Shown: piece after piece, positions 11,293-21,450 of the stretch
How the letters are laid out: every line of letters begins with the position of its first letter
Numbering within the stretch: position 1 is the stretch's first letter
Assembly (NCBI GenBank): GCA_038867615.1
Contig: JAWBYA010000001.1
Span: forward strand, 192,001 to 256,000
Length of the DNA: 64,000 bases
Reading direction: 5' to 3'
From: Sulfolobales archaeon
GTDB lineage: Archaea; Thermoproteota; Thermoprotei_A; Sulfolobales; AG1
The notes under the pieces: model-generated
What the model was told of the DNA's origin: nothing
What the model saw: only the letters and a program-made list of their open reading frames with translations
Database searches by the model: none
Translations under genes and position numbers: made by a program

Positions 11293-12261
11293 GTGGAGAC
11301 ATCGATTAGGAAGGTAATAAAGATTGGTGAGAAAAGCTATGGGATAACTATACCTAAGGAGTGGTTAGATAAACTCAAGATAAGAGTAGGCTCTACAGTA
11401 GAGACTGTAATGGTGGGTGATCATATAACGATAAGACCAGTAACACCAGGGGGTCTTGAGAGGATGATAATCCTTGATGAGGATGATGAGAGCATGCTTG
11501 CTAAGCTGGTTATAGCCTCTTACATCGAGGGGAAAGATCTGATAGCGCTGAGGGGCGATAGAGGCTCGGTGAGGAGGGCTTTTAATAGTATTAAGGATAA
11601 GCTCCCAGGGATGATCTTCGTTGAGAGGGGAGAGCTCCCGGAGATCAGGATAACAGCCGATGAGAGGATGGTTAACATTATAGAGATTATAAAAACCATG
11701 AAAGGGGCTGTTCAGGCCATGATAGATCAGATGGTTAAGTATCTAGATAACAAGGATCCAGGTCATTTGAAAGAGATCCTGATAATCGATGATGAGCTAG
11801 ACTCGCTATACTTCATAGGGCTTAGAAGCATTAAGAGGATGTCTGCCAAGATGCCTGAGGAGTCTATAGACCTAACAATAGTTGTAAAAGCCCTCGAGCA
11901 TATGGGCGACGCTCTGGATAGATCCTCTAACTATCTTATGAGCGCACAGATCTCTGAGAAGTGTGCTGATGCGTATAAGGAGATGATTCGCCTCGCCGCT
12001 GATTACTTCTCTGAGTCCTTCGAGGCATTCCTCTCAGGGAACTATAGGGTTTCTCTAGAGAACCTGAACCAGCGTCCCGTTAAGGTTAGCAATGTCTTCG
12101 ATATCTCGAAGAAGAGTGCCTGCTTCGAAGAGCTATCAGCATTAATACATGAGACGCTGATCTTGGTGGCATCATCAGCAGAGATCTCTGAGGCCTCGGT
12201 TAGCAGGTATATAAGAAATATCCAGCAACAAAAGGCTAGCACGATAGCTCAGAAAGAGTAG
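11293..12261 (+). CDS. AbrB-PhoU domain phosphate uptake regulator
   Basis: N-terminal AbrB motif RKVIKIGEKSYGITIPKEW; PhoU-like DDELDSLY and LEHMGD. Confidence 0.85.
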   Translation: METSIRKVIKIGEKSYGITIPKEWLDKLKIRVGSTVETVMVGDHITIRPVTPGGLERMIILDEDDESMLAKLVIASYIEGKDLIALRGDRGSVRRAFNSIKDKLPGMIFVERGELPEIRITADERMVNIIEIIKTMKGAVQAMIDQMVKYLDNKDPGHLKEILIIDDELDSLYFIGLRSIKRMSAKMPEESIDLTIVVKALEHMGDALDRSSNYLMSAQISEKCADAYKEMIRLAADYFSESFEAFLSGNYRVSLENLNQRPVKVSNVFDISKKSACFEELSALIHETLILVASSAEISEASVSRYIRNIQQQKASTIAQKE

Positions 12262-12355
12262 TAGGTTGAGGTTTAGAGAAGACACAGTGATAGTGGAACT
12301 CTTATGGAAAAGGCTTGAAAAGCAAGAGCGTAATAAACAACACATGGAATAAATC

Positions 12356-13054
12356 TTAGAAGAGCCTGTTTTTGTCAAATATTCTTGTAAGGGATAGTTT
12401 GGAGCTTATTATCTCGATCACCTCTCTCCTGAGGTTGGGATCCTCCTCGAAGGCTCCTCTAACAGCTCTGGTAACCATCTTGATGGGCTCTTTGACCCCT
12501 CTGTGGAGGGCGCAGAGATGCATAGCCTCTATAACTACCATGACTCCCTTAGCCTCTAGATAGCTTGATATGAAGTCGGCTATCTGGTTAGTGAGTCTCT
12601 CCTGGACTTGAAGCCTTCTTGAGAAGGCGTCAACTATTCTGGCGAATTTTGAGAAGCCCAGAACCTTATTACTCGGTATATATGCTATTGCTGCTGTCCC
12701 TACTATTGGTAAGAGGTGGTGCTCGCACATGCTTCTCACGGGTATGTCATATACTATCACGATGTTATTCCACATCTCTACAGTCTCTTCGCCATTGTCG
12801 CCCTCGTAGTTGAAGATCTTTACATGTTCGTCAGGGTTTATTAAATACCCCTTGGCTAGCTCGTCGAGCCACATTCTAGCGACTCTTTCGGGTGTTTCCC
12901 TCAAACCCTCCCTCTCAGGATCCTCGCCTATGATTTCTAGTAGCTTTCTAATGATCTCTGTTAGTTCCTTATATAGCTTCTCCCTAGATCTTGAGTTCGG
13001 ACTAGCTTCACCCTCTAGGGATACCATTAGAATCGCCTTTAAGACAAGCTCCAT
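12356..13054 (-). CDS. folE: GTP cyclohydrolase I (type IA)
   Basis: [35 protein letters not shown] and HLC motifs. Confidence 0.95.
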   Translation of the reverse strand: MELVLKAILMVSLEGEASPNSRSREKLYKELTEIIRKLLEIIGEDPEREGLRETPERVARMWLDELAKGYLINPDEHVKIFNYEGDNGEETVEMWNNIVIVYDIPVRSMCEHHLLPIVGTAAIAYIPSNKVLGFSKFARIVDAFSRRLQVQERLTNQIADFISSYLEAKGVMVVIEAMHLCALHRGVKEPIKMVTRAVRGAFEEDPNLRREVIEIISSKLSLTRIFDKNRLF

Positions 13055-13113
13055 GTATTAGCTTAGCCTCAATGCTTAAAAGATTTATTGCGTAGCTCTT
13101 AATGGTCTGAGAC

Positions 13114-13494
13114 ATGCCTGTATACCAGGGGAACGATCTTAAGAAAATAACGGGCGGTAAAAAGAGAGCCTATAGAAAGCCCAGGAGGAGGGAGGTAGGC
13201 AGCTTTCCTACCGATACTATAGTTTCTGAGATTGAAGAGAGGGTTGTGTCGAGAGCCTATGGTGGGAATTCCAAGATCAGGGTTAGGAAGGCTCTTTACG
13301 CTAATGTCCAGATCCCTGGTGGTGAGAGTAAGAAGGCAAAGATCCTGAGGGTTGTTGAAGCCCCCATGAATCCTGACTATGTTAGGAGGGGGATCATTGT
13401 GAAGGGGGTTGTTATAGAGACAGAGCTTGGGAGGGCTGTAGTAACCTCGAGACCTGGGCAGGATGGTGTTGTCAACGCCATCTTGATCAAGTGA
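13114..13494 (+). CDS. rps8e: 30S ribosomal protein S8e
   Basis: KKITGG, RAYGGN and VTSRPGQDGVVNA motifs. Confidence 0.97.
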   Translation: MPVYQGNDLKKITGGKKRAYRKPRRREVGSFPTDTIVSEIEERVVSRAYGGNSKIRVRKALYANVQIPGGESKKAKILRVVEAPMNPDYVRRGIIVKGVVIETELGRAVVTSRPGQDGVVNAILIK

Positions 13495-13503
13495 CGTGGT
13501 AGG

Positions 13504-13782
13504 ATGGCAAGGAGGATCATTGTCTGGCTATCATATCTAGACCCAAGCATTCCCAGGAGACTTGGGAGGAGGATAGCAAGGAATCTGCTTCCTAGCAAGA
13601 TCACGCTAAACGATCTTTTAGAAGCCTGTAGATCCCTAGGCTTAAAATGCGAGGCTCTAGAGGATAAGAAATACCCCAGGACATGGTATATGGGTCACAA
13701 TGCTGTTGCGATAGAATATGAGGGGAAGAAGTCACAGCTATTGAGAGAAATAGCAAAGGCGCTTTCAAGCAGGGTTTCTTAA
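13504..13782 (+). CDS. srp19: signal recognition particle protein SRP19
   Basis: IVWLSYLD..RRLGRR and KKYPRTW; conserved linkage to rps8e. Confidence 0.9.
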   Translation: MARRIIVWLSYLDPSIPRRLGRRIARNLLPSKITLNDLLEACRSLGLKCEALEDKKYPRTWYMGHNAVAIEYEGKKSQLLREIAKALSSRVS

Positions 13783-13823
13783 GCACCTAACCTCTGCTCC
13801 ATATAAGCTTATATACGTATTAA

Positions 13824-13857
13824 CCCATATATACAGTTAGGAGGAAGTGTAAATATG
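13824..13857 (+). promoter_or_regulatory. 34-nt promoter/5'UTR motif shared with the sufB upstream region
   Basis: CCCATATATACAGTTAGGAGGAAGTGTAAATATG is 29/34 identical to 14623-14656 and lies downstream of a TTATATA box. Confidence 0.7.
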
Positions 13858-14598
13858 ACCTCTGAGGGTCTTGTGGTAAGAAATGTTAAAGCCGCTATTG
13901 AGGGGAAGGTTGTGCTAAGAGGAGTGAATCTTGTAGTAAAGCCTGGAGAGATCCACGCCCTTATGGGTCCTAATGGTAGCGGTAAGAGCAGTCTTGCGTA
14001 TGTAATAATGGGTCATCCGAAATACGAGATCCTAGAAGGAAGCATAGTTGTCGATGGAGAGGATATAGTATCTCTACCCCCTGAGGAGAGGGCTAAAAAG
14101 GGAGTGTTTCTAGCATTCCAAGCACCACCGGAGACTATGGTGAAGACTAGGAACCTCTTGATCCATATATCTAAGATCAGGGGTGTTCCTTTCTCTAGAG
14201 CTCTGGAGGCTATGAAGAGGGTTGGTTTGCAGCAAGATCTTCTCGATAGATATCTTAACAAAGGATTCTCTGGAGGCGAGATGAAGAGATCAGAAATAAT
14301 CCAACTCTACCTATCAAGCCCGAAATACCCCATATTGGATGAGCCTGATAGCGGTATGGATGTAGAGGGTCTTCTAGCAATCGGTAGCCTTGTTAAGGAG
14401 CTTAAACAGAATGGCTCAGGTATTCTTGTGATAACACATGTTGCCAGGCTTTTCAGAGATTTTAGCCCCGACTACGTGCATGTCATGATCGATGGAAGAA
14501 TCGTTCTCACGGGCGGGCATGAAATAGTGAAGCTTGTGGATGAGAAGGGCTACGAGTATATAAAAACTAACTATGCTCCCAAGGAGGATACGGGTTGA
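13855..14598 (+). CDS. sufC: Fe-S cluster assembly ATPase SufC
   Basis: MGPNGSGKS, GFSGGE and LDEPDSG motifs; adjacent to sufBD. Confidence 0.95.
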   Translation: MTSEGLVVRNVKAAIEGKVVLRGVNLVVKPGEIHALMGPNGSGKSSLAYVIMGHPKYEILEGSIVVDGEDIVSLPPEERAKKGVFLAFQAPPETMVKTRNLLIHISKIRGVPFSRALEAMKRVGLQQDLLDRYLNKGFSGGEMKRSEIIQLYLSSPKYPILDEPDSGMDVEGLLAIGSLVKELKQNGSGILVITHVARLFRDFSPDYVHVMIDGRIVLTGGHEIVKLVDEKGYEYIKTNYAPKEDTG

Positions 14599-14622
14599 GG
14601 GGTAAGTTTATAACCCTTGTAG

Positions 14623-14656
14623 CCCATATATACAGGTAAGAGGTGTTGTAAATATG
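14623..14656 (+). promoter_or_regulatory. second copy of the suf promoter/5'UTR motif
   Basis: CCCATATATACAGGTAAGAGGTGTTGTAAATATG following a TTTATAA box. Confidence 0.7.
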
Positions 14657-16075
14657 AGTTCAAAAGAGGTTCTTCTGAAGCACTTCTACAAAGATCCTGC
14701 TGAAGAGGCTTTGGGACATATAGAGGTTGGCGGTGCAGAGCTAGTACTTAAAGGGAGGATCTCGAGGGATCTCGTTGAGGAGATCTCGAGGATCAAGAAG
14801 GAGCCTGAGTGGATGAGGCTATGGAGGCTTAGAAATCTAGAGCTCTTTGAAAAGCTCCCATCGCCCAAATGGCTTCCAGGTGTTGAGGAGCTCGATCTTG
14901 ATGAGCTGAGCCACTATATAAAGCCAGACGTACCAAAAGCATCATCTTGGGAGGAGCTGCCTAAAGAGATTGTCGAGGCTTACGAGAGACTTGGGATAAA
15001 GCAGGCTGAGGTAAAATTCCTAGCCGGGTTGAACGCACAGCTCGACTCAGAGACCGTATTCCTCAGGGTTAAGGAGTACGTTGCTAAGAAAGGAGTTATA
15101 GTAACAGATCTAGATACTGCGGTGCAGAAATACCCAGATCTTGTTAAAAAGTACTTCATGAGGATCTTCCCGCCTGAGCATAAGTTCGCAGCACTGCACG
15201 GCGCCCTATGGAGTGGGGGCCTCTTCGTCTACGTACCACCGGGGGTTAGTATAGAGTACCCCATAGAGGCTTTCTTCCTAATTGGAAAAGCTGGTGAGGG
15301 TAATTTCGAACATAGTCTCATAATAGCCGATAAGAATAGCTATGCACACGTGATAGAGGGGTGTGCTGCTCCAAGGCTAAGCAAGGCGAGCTTCCACGAC
15401 GGTATGGTTGAGATCTATGTTCACGAGGGTGCGAGGCTTCACTTCACCACTCTGCAGAACTGGTCCTCCCAGGTGATCAACTTCAATAACAAGAGAGCTA
15501 TTGTTGAGAAGAACGGCTATATAGAGTGGATAGAGGGATCGATAGGGGCTAAAGTGAGCGCTGTGTATCCATCAGCCTTCCTGAAGGGTGAGGGAGCATC
15601 TATGGAGAGCTATGTTATAACATTCGCCAGGGATGGGCATATAAAGGACGGCGGTTCTAAGGCTTACCACCTAGCACCAAATACCAGGAGCAGGATTGTG
15701 TCTAAGAGCATATCGATGACAGGAGGGATTAATATATACAGGGGTCTCGTGAGGATCATGAAAGGAGCTAAGGGTTCGAAGAGCTATACATCGTGCGACT
15801 CACTGCTCCTCGACGAGAAGAGCAAAACATACACGTATCCACATATACAGAACGACGAGCCAACAGCAGTGATAGGGCATGAGGCTAGCGTTGGCAAGCT
15901 GAGCGACCAGCTCATGTTCTACCTAAGGAGCAGAGGGTTCAGGGAGAACGAGGCGCTCAGCCTAATAATAGGAGGCTTTCTGAGCGATGTCCTAGCAAGA
16001 CTCCCATTCGAGCAGGCGGCATTGGTGAAAGCAGCCCTAGATCTGGAGTTCTCGAAGATAGGTTCTGTTGGCTAG
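14654..16075 (+). CDS. sufB: Fe-S cluster assembly protein SufB
   Basis: ALWSGG, IEGCAAP, TLQNWS, YRGLV, CDSLL, HEA and YLRSRG motifs. Confidence 0.96.
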   Translation: MSSKEVLLKHFYKDPAEEALGHIEVGGAELVLKGRISRDLVEEISRIKKEPEWMRLWRLRNLELFEKLPSPKWLPGVEELDLDELSHYIKPDVPKASSWEELPKEIVEAYERLGIKQAEVKFLAGLNAQLDSETVFLRVKEYVAKKGVIVTDLDTAVQKYPDLVKKYFMRIFPPEHKFAALHGALWSGGLFVYVPPGVSIEYPIEAFFLIGKAGEGNFEHSLIIADKNSYAHVIEGCAAPRLSKASFHDGMVEIYVHEGARLHFTTLQNWSSQVINFNNKRAIVEKNGYIEWIEGSIGAKVSAVYPSAFLKGEGASMESYVITFARDGHIKDGGSKAYHLAPNTRSRIVSKSISMTGGINIYRGLVRIMKGAKGSKSYTSCDSLLLDEKSKTYTYPHIQNDEPTAVIGHEASVGKLSDQLMFYLRSRGFRENEALSLIIGGFLSDVLARLPFEQAALVKAALDLEFSKIGSVG

Positions 16076-16089
16076 AGAAGGGAGCCAGG

Positions 16090-17295
16090 TTGGTAGTGAG
16101 ATATTCAGAGATCCTAGGCAAGGCTTTAAAACTATATGGTGAGATACCATACCAATATATGGCCGATTCACCAACGATCAGGTTCTACACAGACTGGAGT
16201 GTTTTTGACAAATACAGGGTTTCCGAGGCTCAGTATCCGTGTGAGGATACTGCTGAGGGGGAATACGATCTAGTTATATCTGGCGGTTGTGTCAGATCTA
16301 GGGGGAGAAGCGGTGTTAGAGTTAAACCAGTTGTGAGAAGCGACCTAGATTCCCTGGATCCCGATTCTCCTCTCTTTAAACTCGTGAGAATCGAGGATTC
16401 AAAGATCTATGCTATGCATGTAGCAGGCTACTCAGCAGGAGCTATAGTATATGTAGACAAGGATCTCGACGAACCATTGAGAATAAGGATCGCCGGCGGC
16501 TCTCTCCATGGCCACTTAGCACAGCATGTATCCATAGTGGTTGGTGAGGGCGTATACGCAAAGATCCAGATTACCACGGAGCCTGCGGAGAATGCGTTGA
16601 GAACAACGGTCGAGGAGGTCACTCTAATGCCGGGAGCAAGGCTAGAGATATCCAACATACTGAGGAACTCACCAAGGGCTCCCAGCTTCCACGCATCCCA
16701 CTACCTATTGCTAGAAGGCTCTGAGGTTATGTCGGGATTATCAGCGATCGCTGGCAATATGTCGAGGATACAGCAGAGAGCAGTGGTTGAGGGAAGAGGT
16801 GCTAGGCACATGGCCTTCGGCGCTGCAATGGGTGGTGGCGAGAACAGGGTGCACTATATAGAGAACGCAGTAGTTAGGGGGAGGGATTCCAGGGCAGTGC
16901 TTAATGTGAGGGGTATTGCTGCAGATTCTGCTAGAACGGTTGTTCAGGCCTTCGCTATACAGGAGGAGGAGTCCTTCGGCTCTGGAACGAATGTCGAGGC
17001 AGCAACACTCACTATAGGTAGAGGAGCGCTTGCGGTAACCCTACCAATGCTTGAGGTAAGATGTGGCGATGTTGTTGAGGCTAGACATGCTGCTTCTCAG
17101 GCTATCCTGGATGTTGATGTTATGACCTATCTTAGATCCAGGGGTCTGTCTATCTATGAGGCTGTTAAGCTGATGACCTATGACTATATAGTCGAGCCGT
17201 TCCAAGACCTGCCTGAATGGATGGTACCGGATCTGGTGAACAATATCTATAACGAGCTTGATAAGATAGACTTCGAATCGCTGAAAATACTATAA
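16090..17295 (+). CDS. sufD: SufD family protein
   Basis: SufBD beta-helix with PMLEV, ARHAAS and YLRSRGL. Confidence 0.88.
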   Translation: MVVRYSEILGKALKLYGEIPYQYMADSPTIRFYTDWSVFDKYRVSEAQYPCEDTAEGEYDLVISGGCVRSRGRSGVRVKPVVRSDLDSLDPDSPLFKLVRIEDSKIYAMHVAGYSAGAIVYVDKDLDEPLRIRIAGGSLHGHLAQHVSIVVGEGVYAKIQITTEPAENALRTTVEEVTLMPGARLEISNILRNSPRAPSFHASHYLLLEGSEVMSGLSAIAGNMSRIQQRAVVEGRGARHMAFGAAMGGGENRVHYIENAVVRGRDSRAVLNVRGIAADSARTVVQAFAIQEEESFGSGTNVEAATLTIGRGALAVTLPMLEVRCGDVVEARHAASQAILDVDVMTYLRSRGLSIYEAVKLMTYDYIVEPFQDLPEWMVPDLVNNIYNELDKIDFESLKIL

Positions 17296-17339
17296 AAACA
17301 CCCAAAGAGATCTTTTAGACCGAGCTTTTACCTCAACAG

Positions 17340-18017
17340 TTACTCATATGTTATCAATGTCCCTACATCTCCCGTTTTAACGGCTCTCAGAATAGTATCC
17401 GGTTCTCTTCCATCAATCACTATAGTTCTAATCCTACTCCTCTCAAGGATCGAGAGTGCTAAGGGGTCTATGAGCTCATACCTCCCCGCAGCAACACTCT
17501 GACCGGATAGTATTTTCCTCAGCTCGCTTACAGATACTCTTTTCAGAAGCCTCGCACTGGGATCCTTAAGGGGGTCTTTATCATATATACCGCTAACCAC
17601 CGTGGCATAGATCAGCAGATCGGCTGATATGGTCTCCGCTATTATTGCTGAAACAGCCACTGTTGACTGACCCGGCTGGAAACCGCCGGCAGTGATTACA
17701 AGCCCCGTACCCCACGCTTGTAAGAGCTCGTCAACATTTCTAACAACCCTTCTATAAGCCCTATCGCCTAGCGATGTTATGAGGAGCATTGCATTAAGCC
17801 TCGAAGCCTCTATCCCAACAAGGTCACATATACTCTCATTACCCCCGAGGGCTCTGCAAGCACTTATATATCTCCTCGCGATATCGCCTCCACCGGTGAC
17901 AATAACCACCCTATGTCCTTCTTTAAGGAGACTATCTATCACGCTTGTTACTCTCGATATATATCCTGGATCCTCTGGCGAGACTAGCTTCCCGCTGATC
18001 TTCAAGACGATCTTCAT
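17340..18017 (-). CDS. pyrH: uridylate kinase
   Basis: KISG, VTGGG..AR.YI, GGFQPGQST and GIYDKDP motifs. Confidence 0.96.
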   Translation of the reverse strand: MKIVLKISGKLVSPEDPGYISRVTSVIDSLLKEGHRVVIVTGGGDIARRYISACRALGGNESICDLVGIEASRLNAMLLITSLGDRAYRRVVRNVDELLQAWGTGLVITAGGFQPGQSTVAVSAIIAETISADLLIYATVVSGIYDKDPLKDPSARLLKRVSVSELRKILSGQSVAAGRYELIDPLALSILERSRIRTIVIDGREPDTILRAVKTGDVGTLITYE

Positions 18018-18090
18018 TCACTCCACATCCAATAAATCTCAACAACGATGGGGAAATATATTTTGAAAGACCTTTAACTGGATGCTGAGG

Positions 18091-18191
18091 TGGGCCCGCG
18101 GGGATTTGAACCCCGGACCACGGGAGTTCTCGCCTGGGTCCCGAGTCGGGCTTTACGTGTCCCGCATCCTACCAAGCTAGACCACGGGCCC
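18091..18191 (-). tRNA. tRNA-Pro(CGG) with two introns (32/33 at 18145-18158; 37/38 at 18127-18139)
   Basis: Acceptor GGGCCCG/CGGGCCC-A and T arm CGGGG-TTCAAAT-CCCCG. Removing two BHB introns gives stem CGGGA/TCCCG with loop CT-CGG-GC and a 74-nt mature tRNA. Confidence 0.88.
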
Positions 18192-18242
18192 CGATATTTA
18201 AATAATAGTAAGAGGTTAATGAGGGTTTCTAGGAAGCCTTAG

Positions 18243-19301
18243 CTAGGTCGCAGGTCTTACTCTCAGTGTGAAGGGCTTATTCATGCTCCCCTCATACTCT
18301 ATAGAGACGCCGCTGACTAGTTTCTTCGAAATCTCTATTATTGTGTATGCGTGAAGGGTTAGGGAGGCGCAGGTAACCTCGCTGGGGCCTCTTGCTAGGA
18401 GGAGGTATGGTACTATCATATCCGACATATGGGTGTCTAGCGATGCTCCCGTCAATAGATCGTTGGCTAGTCTTGACGCAGCCTCGATCCCCACATCCTC
18501 AGCCCTCTTATCCCTAGCACCGATGCTGTCAGCACCAAGCCTTGTGTTCTGTGAATCCGCCCATATAGCTATCCCTGATCCCTGCCCTATATGTGGATCC
18601 CTATCTGGCGGGTAGCTCTCAATCTCAATCTCTATGGGGACATTTATCCCCAGGGTTGCTAACCTCTCCTTAGCAGCTCTAGCTTGTCTCTCGGCAACAT
18701 GGCGTGGGAGTCTCACGGCATGGCTGATACCCCTTATAGATACTATGCCTCCTCTCTCGCTTAGAGAGAGGGGTTTGAAACCCTTTGGGGGATCGTTTAT
18801 CCTGGCAATAACCTCTCCCCCTCCTCTCGGGTAATGTCCTCTCCTCACAAGCTCCAGCTCAACCTTGTAGCCTATTTTCGAGAGGTGGTATAGGAAGACG
18901 TTTTTGAAGTAATCATAGGTAGGGCTCCAGGGGACATCGGTACCCCCTCTGATCCTTAGCTCAACCTGCCTTTCAGAGAATGCTGCTACAAGCAATAGGC
19001 TTTGGAGAACCAGGGTTACAGATCCTGCTGTTCCTATGTCGAAGAAAAAGGATCCCCCTGTTACGCCTTGCGGCTCGAACTCCACTTCTGTGGATCCTAG
19101 GACAGCACCTCTAACCCTCGCCCTAGAGATCTCTGCAAGCGCCTTCACCACTGTTAAATGCTGTCTCTGGAGTCCTGGGTTCTCCCTCCTAGCCCTTATA
19201 TTGACAATCCTTACAGGCTTTCTAAGGACGGCTGCTAGTGCGAGGGTGTATCTCAGTATCTGGCCTCCGCCCTCCCCAAAGCTACCATCTATAAGGATCA
19301 T
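18243..19301 (-). CDS. rtcA: RNA 3'-terminal phosphate cyclase
   Basis: DGSFGEGGGQILR, PGLQRQH, GGTDVPWSP, GHYPRGGG and LTLHAYT motifs. Confidence 0.96.
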   Translation of the reverse strand: MILIDGSFGEGGGQILRYTLALAAVLRKPVRIVNIRARRENPGLQRQHLTVVKALAEISRARVRGAVLGSTEVEFEPQGVTGGSFFFDIGTAGSVTLVLQSLLLVAAFSERQVELRIRGGTDVPWSPTYDYFKNVFLYHLSKIGYKVELELVRRGHYPRGGGEVIARINDPPKGFKPLSLSERGGIVSIRGISHAVRLPRHVAERQARAAKERLATLGINVPIEIEIESYPPDRDPHIGQGSGIAIWADSQNTRLGADSIGARDKRAEDVGIEAASRLANDLLTGASLDTHMSDMIVPYLLLARGPSEVTCASLTLHAYTIIEISKKLVSGVSIEYEGSMNKPFTLRVRPAT

Positions 19302-19303
19302 GG

Positions 19304-19837
19304 TTAGTCACCGCCGAGGAGGCTTCTTATCCTCTCAACACCGTCTATAGAGTCTATTATCTCGGCAACTACGGGGGGTACGAGTTTCCTCCAATTCTCA
19401 TCACCGCTCATGATCATCTTCCTGATCTTGGTGGAGCTATAAACCCCCCTCTCGAAGGCAGGGGGTATGAGAACACCGAACCCTGCTTCCTTGAAGAGTC
19501 TCACCACCAGAGGGTTTCTAGAGACTCCTGCCTCGAAGGGTGGTGTGAATAGCTTTAGGTAGTGGGGCCAGACAGAGTTCATGAGAATATCTGGTACAGG
19601 TATTATATATATTTTCTCCATGTCCACCTTACCCCATCTTAGTGCCTCCTTTATCATCAAGATCCTCTCCCCCGCTGTGAAGGGATTCACTATGGTATGG
19701 CTCTCCTGGGCTGTGCCTATAACTATTATTAGCTCCTCAACGTGCTCCAAAGCCCACTTAACAACCTCTAGATGCCCGGTATGGAATGGCTGGAATCTCC
19801 CGGGGAACACTGCTCTCTTATAGTTCCTTATCGTCAT
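19304..19837 (-). CDS. nadM: nicotinamide-nucleotide adenylyltransferase
   Basis: [18 protein letters not shown] and SSTKIR motifs. Confidence 0.95.
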   Translation of the reverse strand: MTIRNYKRAVFPGRFQPFHTGHLEVVKWALEHVEELIIVIGTAQESHTIVNPFTAGERILMIKEALRWGKVDMEKIYIIPVPDILMNSVWPHYLKLFTPPFEAGVSRNPLVVRLFKEAGFGVLIPPAFERGVYSSTKIRKMIMSGDENWRKLVPPVVAEIIDSIDGVERIRSLLGGD

Positions 19838-20664
19838 ACTATCGCCTCTATGGTTAGCTCATCACCCCTCTTAAGCCCTGTAAGCCTTGATAGAGACCCC
19901 ATGTAGACACCGACCTCGAGGAAACCAAGGCTGCCTCTATAGACAACCATCTCTCCTGGTCTTGCAAGGCTAAAGCTCTCCTTATATATAGCCCTATAGC
20001 TCTCGCCAGACCTAGCCCTTATAGTAACCCTAGACCCCATGGCAATTCCCGCTGCTTTCTCAAACTCCTCATAGGTGCAGCTGGTTATAAGGTTGCCGAA
20101 TCTATCCACATGTATAACCCTAGTCTTAACCCTCCCCTTATCCTTGATACATACAAACTCTATCGGTGATCCTACGAGCTCCTCAACACTGATCGGTGTT
20201 CCAAGCCTCTCTAGAGGAGTACCCCTCGCTATGTGTGCAGCTATGGGGGCGAATATATCTCTTCCATGGAAGGTACCCGATACTGGTTTTCTATAATAAT
20301 ACTCCTCCCTATCGAGGTTGACCACAAGCTCTATACCATCCCTCTTAGCTGCTGGTAGGAGAACCCCATTATCAGGTCCGACGAAGTAGTAGTTCCTCGT
20401 GGCTATTGCTATGGGTTTTCTTGAAGAACCAACGCCTGGGTCTACTACTGCTACGTGGACAGCACCTTCTGGGAATTCTTTGTAGGATGCTGCTAGTATA
20501 TAGGATGCTCCTGCTATGTCGAAAGGCTCTATCTCGTGAACAAGGTCGATAACTATTGCTGATGGGGCTATGGTGCTGATAACCCCTTTCAAGATCCCTA
20601 CATAGGGATCTCTAATTCCATAGTCTGTCGTTAGTGTTATATACCCACTAGGTTTCCTCACCAC
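19834..20664 (-). CDS. SAM hydroxide adenosyltransferase (DUF62, fluorinase/chlorinase family)
   Basis: [27 protein letters not shown] and DRFGN motifs. Confidence 0.92.
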   Translation of the reverse strand: MVRKPSGYITLTTDYGIRDPYVGILKGVISTIAPSAIVIDLVHEIEPFDIAGASYILAASYKEFPEGAVHVAVVDPGVGSSRKPIAIATRNYYFVGPDNGVLLPAAKRDGIELVVNLDREEYYYRKPVSGTFHGRDIFAPIAAHIARGTPLERLGTPISVEELVGSPIEFVCIKDKGRVKTRVIHVDRFGNLITSCTYEEFEKAAGIAMGSRVTIRARSGESYRAIYKESFSLARPGEMVVYRGSLGFLEVGVYMGSLSRLTGLKRGDELTIEAIV

Positions 20665-21283
20665 CCCTCCCCTCGAGCCAGAGTTCTAGGTATGATTTAA
20701 CAATATGGTTCCCAGTGATCCCTATGAGGCTCTTAAACTTCTTAATCCTCTCGAGAAACTCTTCGGGGGAGCTTACACCCTCAACCTCGATCTCGACGAA
20801 CCTTCCTACGGCTTCAACATCGTCCAGGAAGATCTTGTACACGCCGAGCCTATAGATCTTTCTCCTCTTTCTAATAATATGGCTCTTGAACCCGAGTCTT
20901 CTAAAGATCTCGACAAGCCCTCTTGGATCCCTCACCTCGACTGTGATCTCATCCCTGGCCTTGAGATCCCTCCTGATCTTCGGGCCTTTATATGTTATCT
21001 CACCCCTCCTGCTCCTGCTACCCTCAGAGATCCTCACCCTCAGAGCCTCATCCCTCTCTCTAAGCTTGATACACGGATAGAGATCTATATAGTGATCCTC
21101 CTCAAATACCTCCTCCTCATAAACAGCGCCTAGTGATCTAAGAGCCCTCTCTATATCGCTGTGATCCTTGACCTCAAACTTAGCCTCATACTCCATAACC
21201 ATCTCTCCAGCCCCAGGATTCAATAGATAATCTAGAGTAATAACCAAAACACTGTATAAACATAACCAAAACTGTTCTGCCAC
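20648..21283 (-). CDS. cyaB: CYTH / class IV adenylate cyclase family protein (true start probably at MVMEYE)
   Basis: EYEAKF, LRVR, TYKGPK, KRRKIY, FVEIE and SYLEL motifs. Confidence 0.88.
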   Translation of the reverse strand: MAEQFWLCLYSVLVITLDYLLNPGAGEMVMEYEAKFEVKDHSDIERALRSLGAVYEEEVFEEDHYIDLYPCIKLRERDEALRVRISEGSRSRRGEITYKGPKIRRDLKARDEITVEVRDPRGLVEIFRRLGFKSHIIRKRRKIYRLGVYKIFLDDVEAVGRFVEIEVEGVSSPEEFLERIKKFKSLIGITGNHIVKSYLELWLEGRGGEET

Positions 21284-21450
21284 TATTTAGGATTTCACAT
21301 AGGTTTAAGGATTGATATTAGTTCTTAGGATCTAGCTCACTATATCGCGTGCTCTGAAATACAAGCTATAGGGATCGCCTATCCATAACATATTTCATAA
21401 AAACCCAAGCAGTCAGATCGAGAGCCGGGATTAGAAGGCTTCCTCATAGT

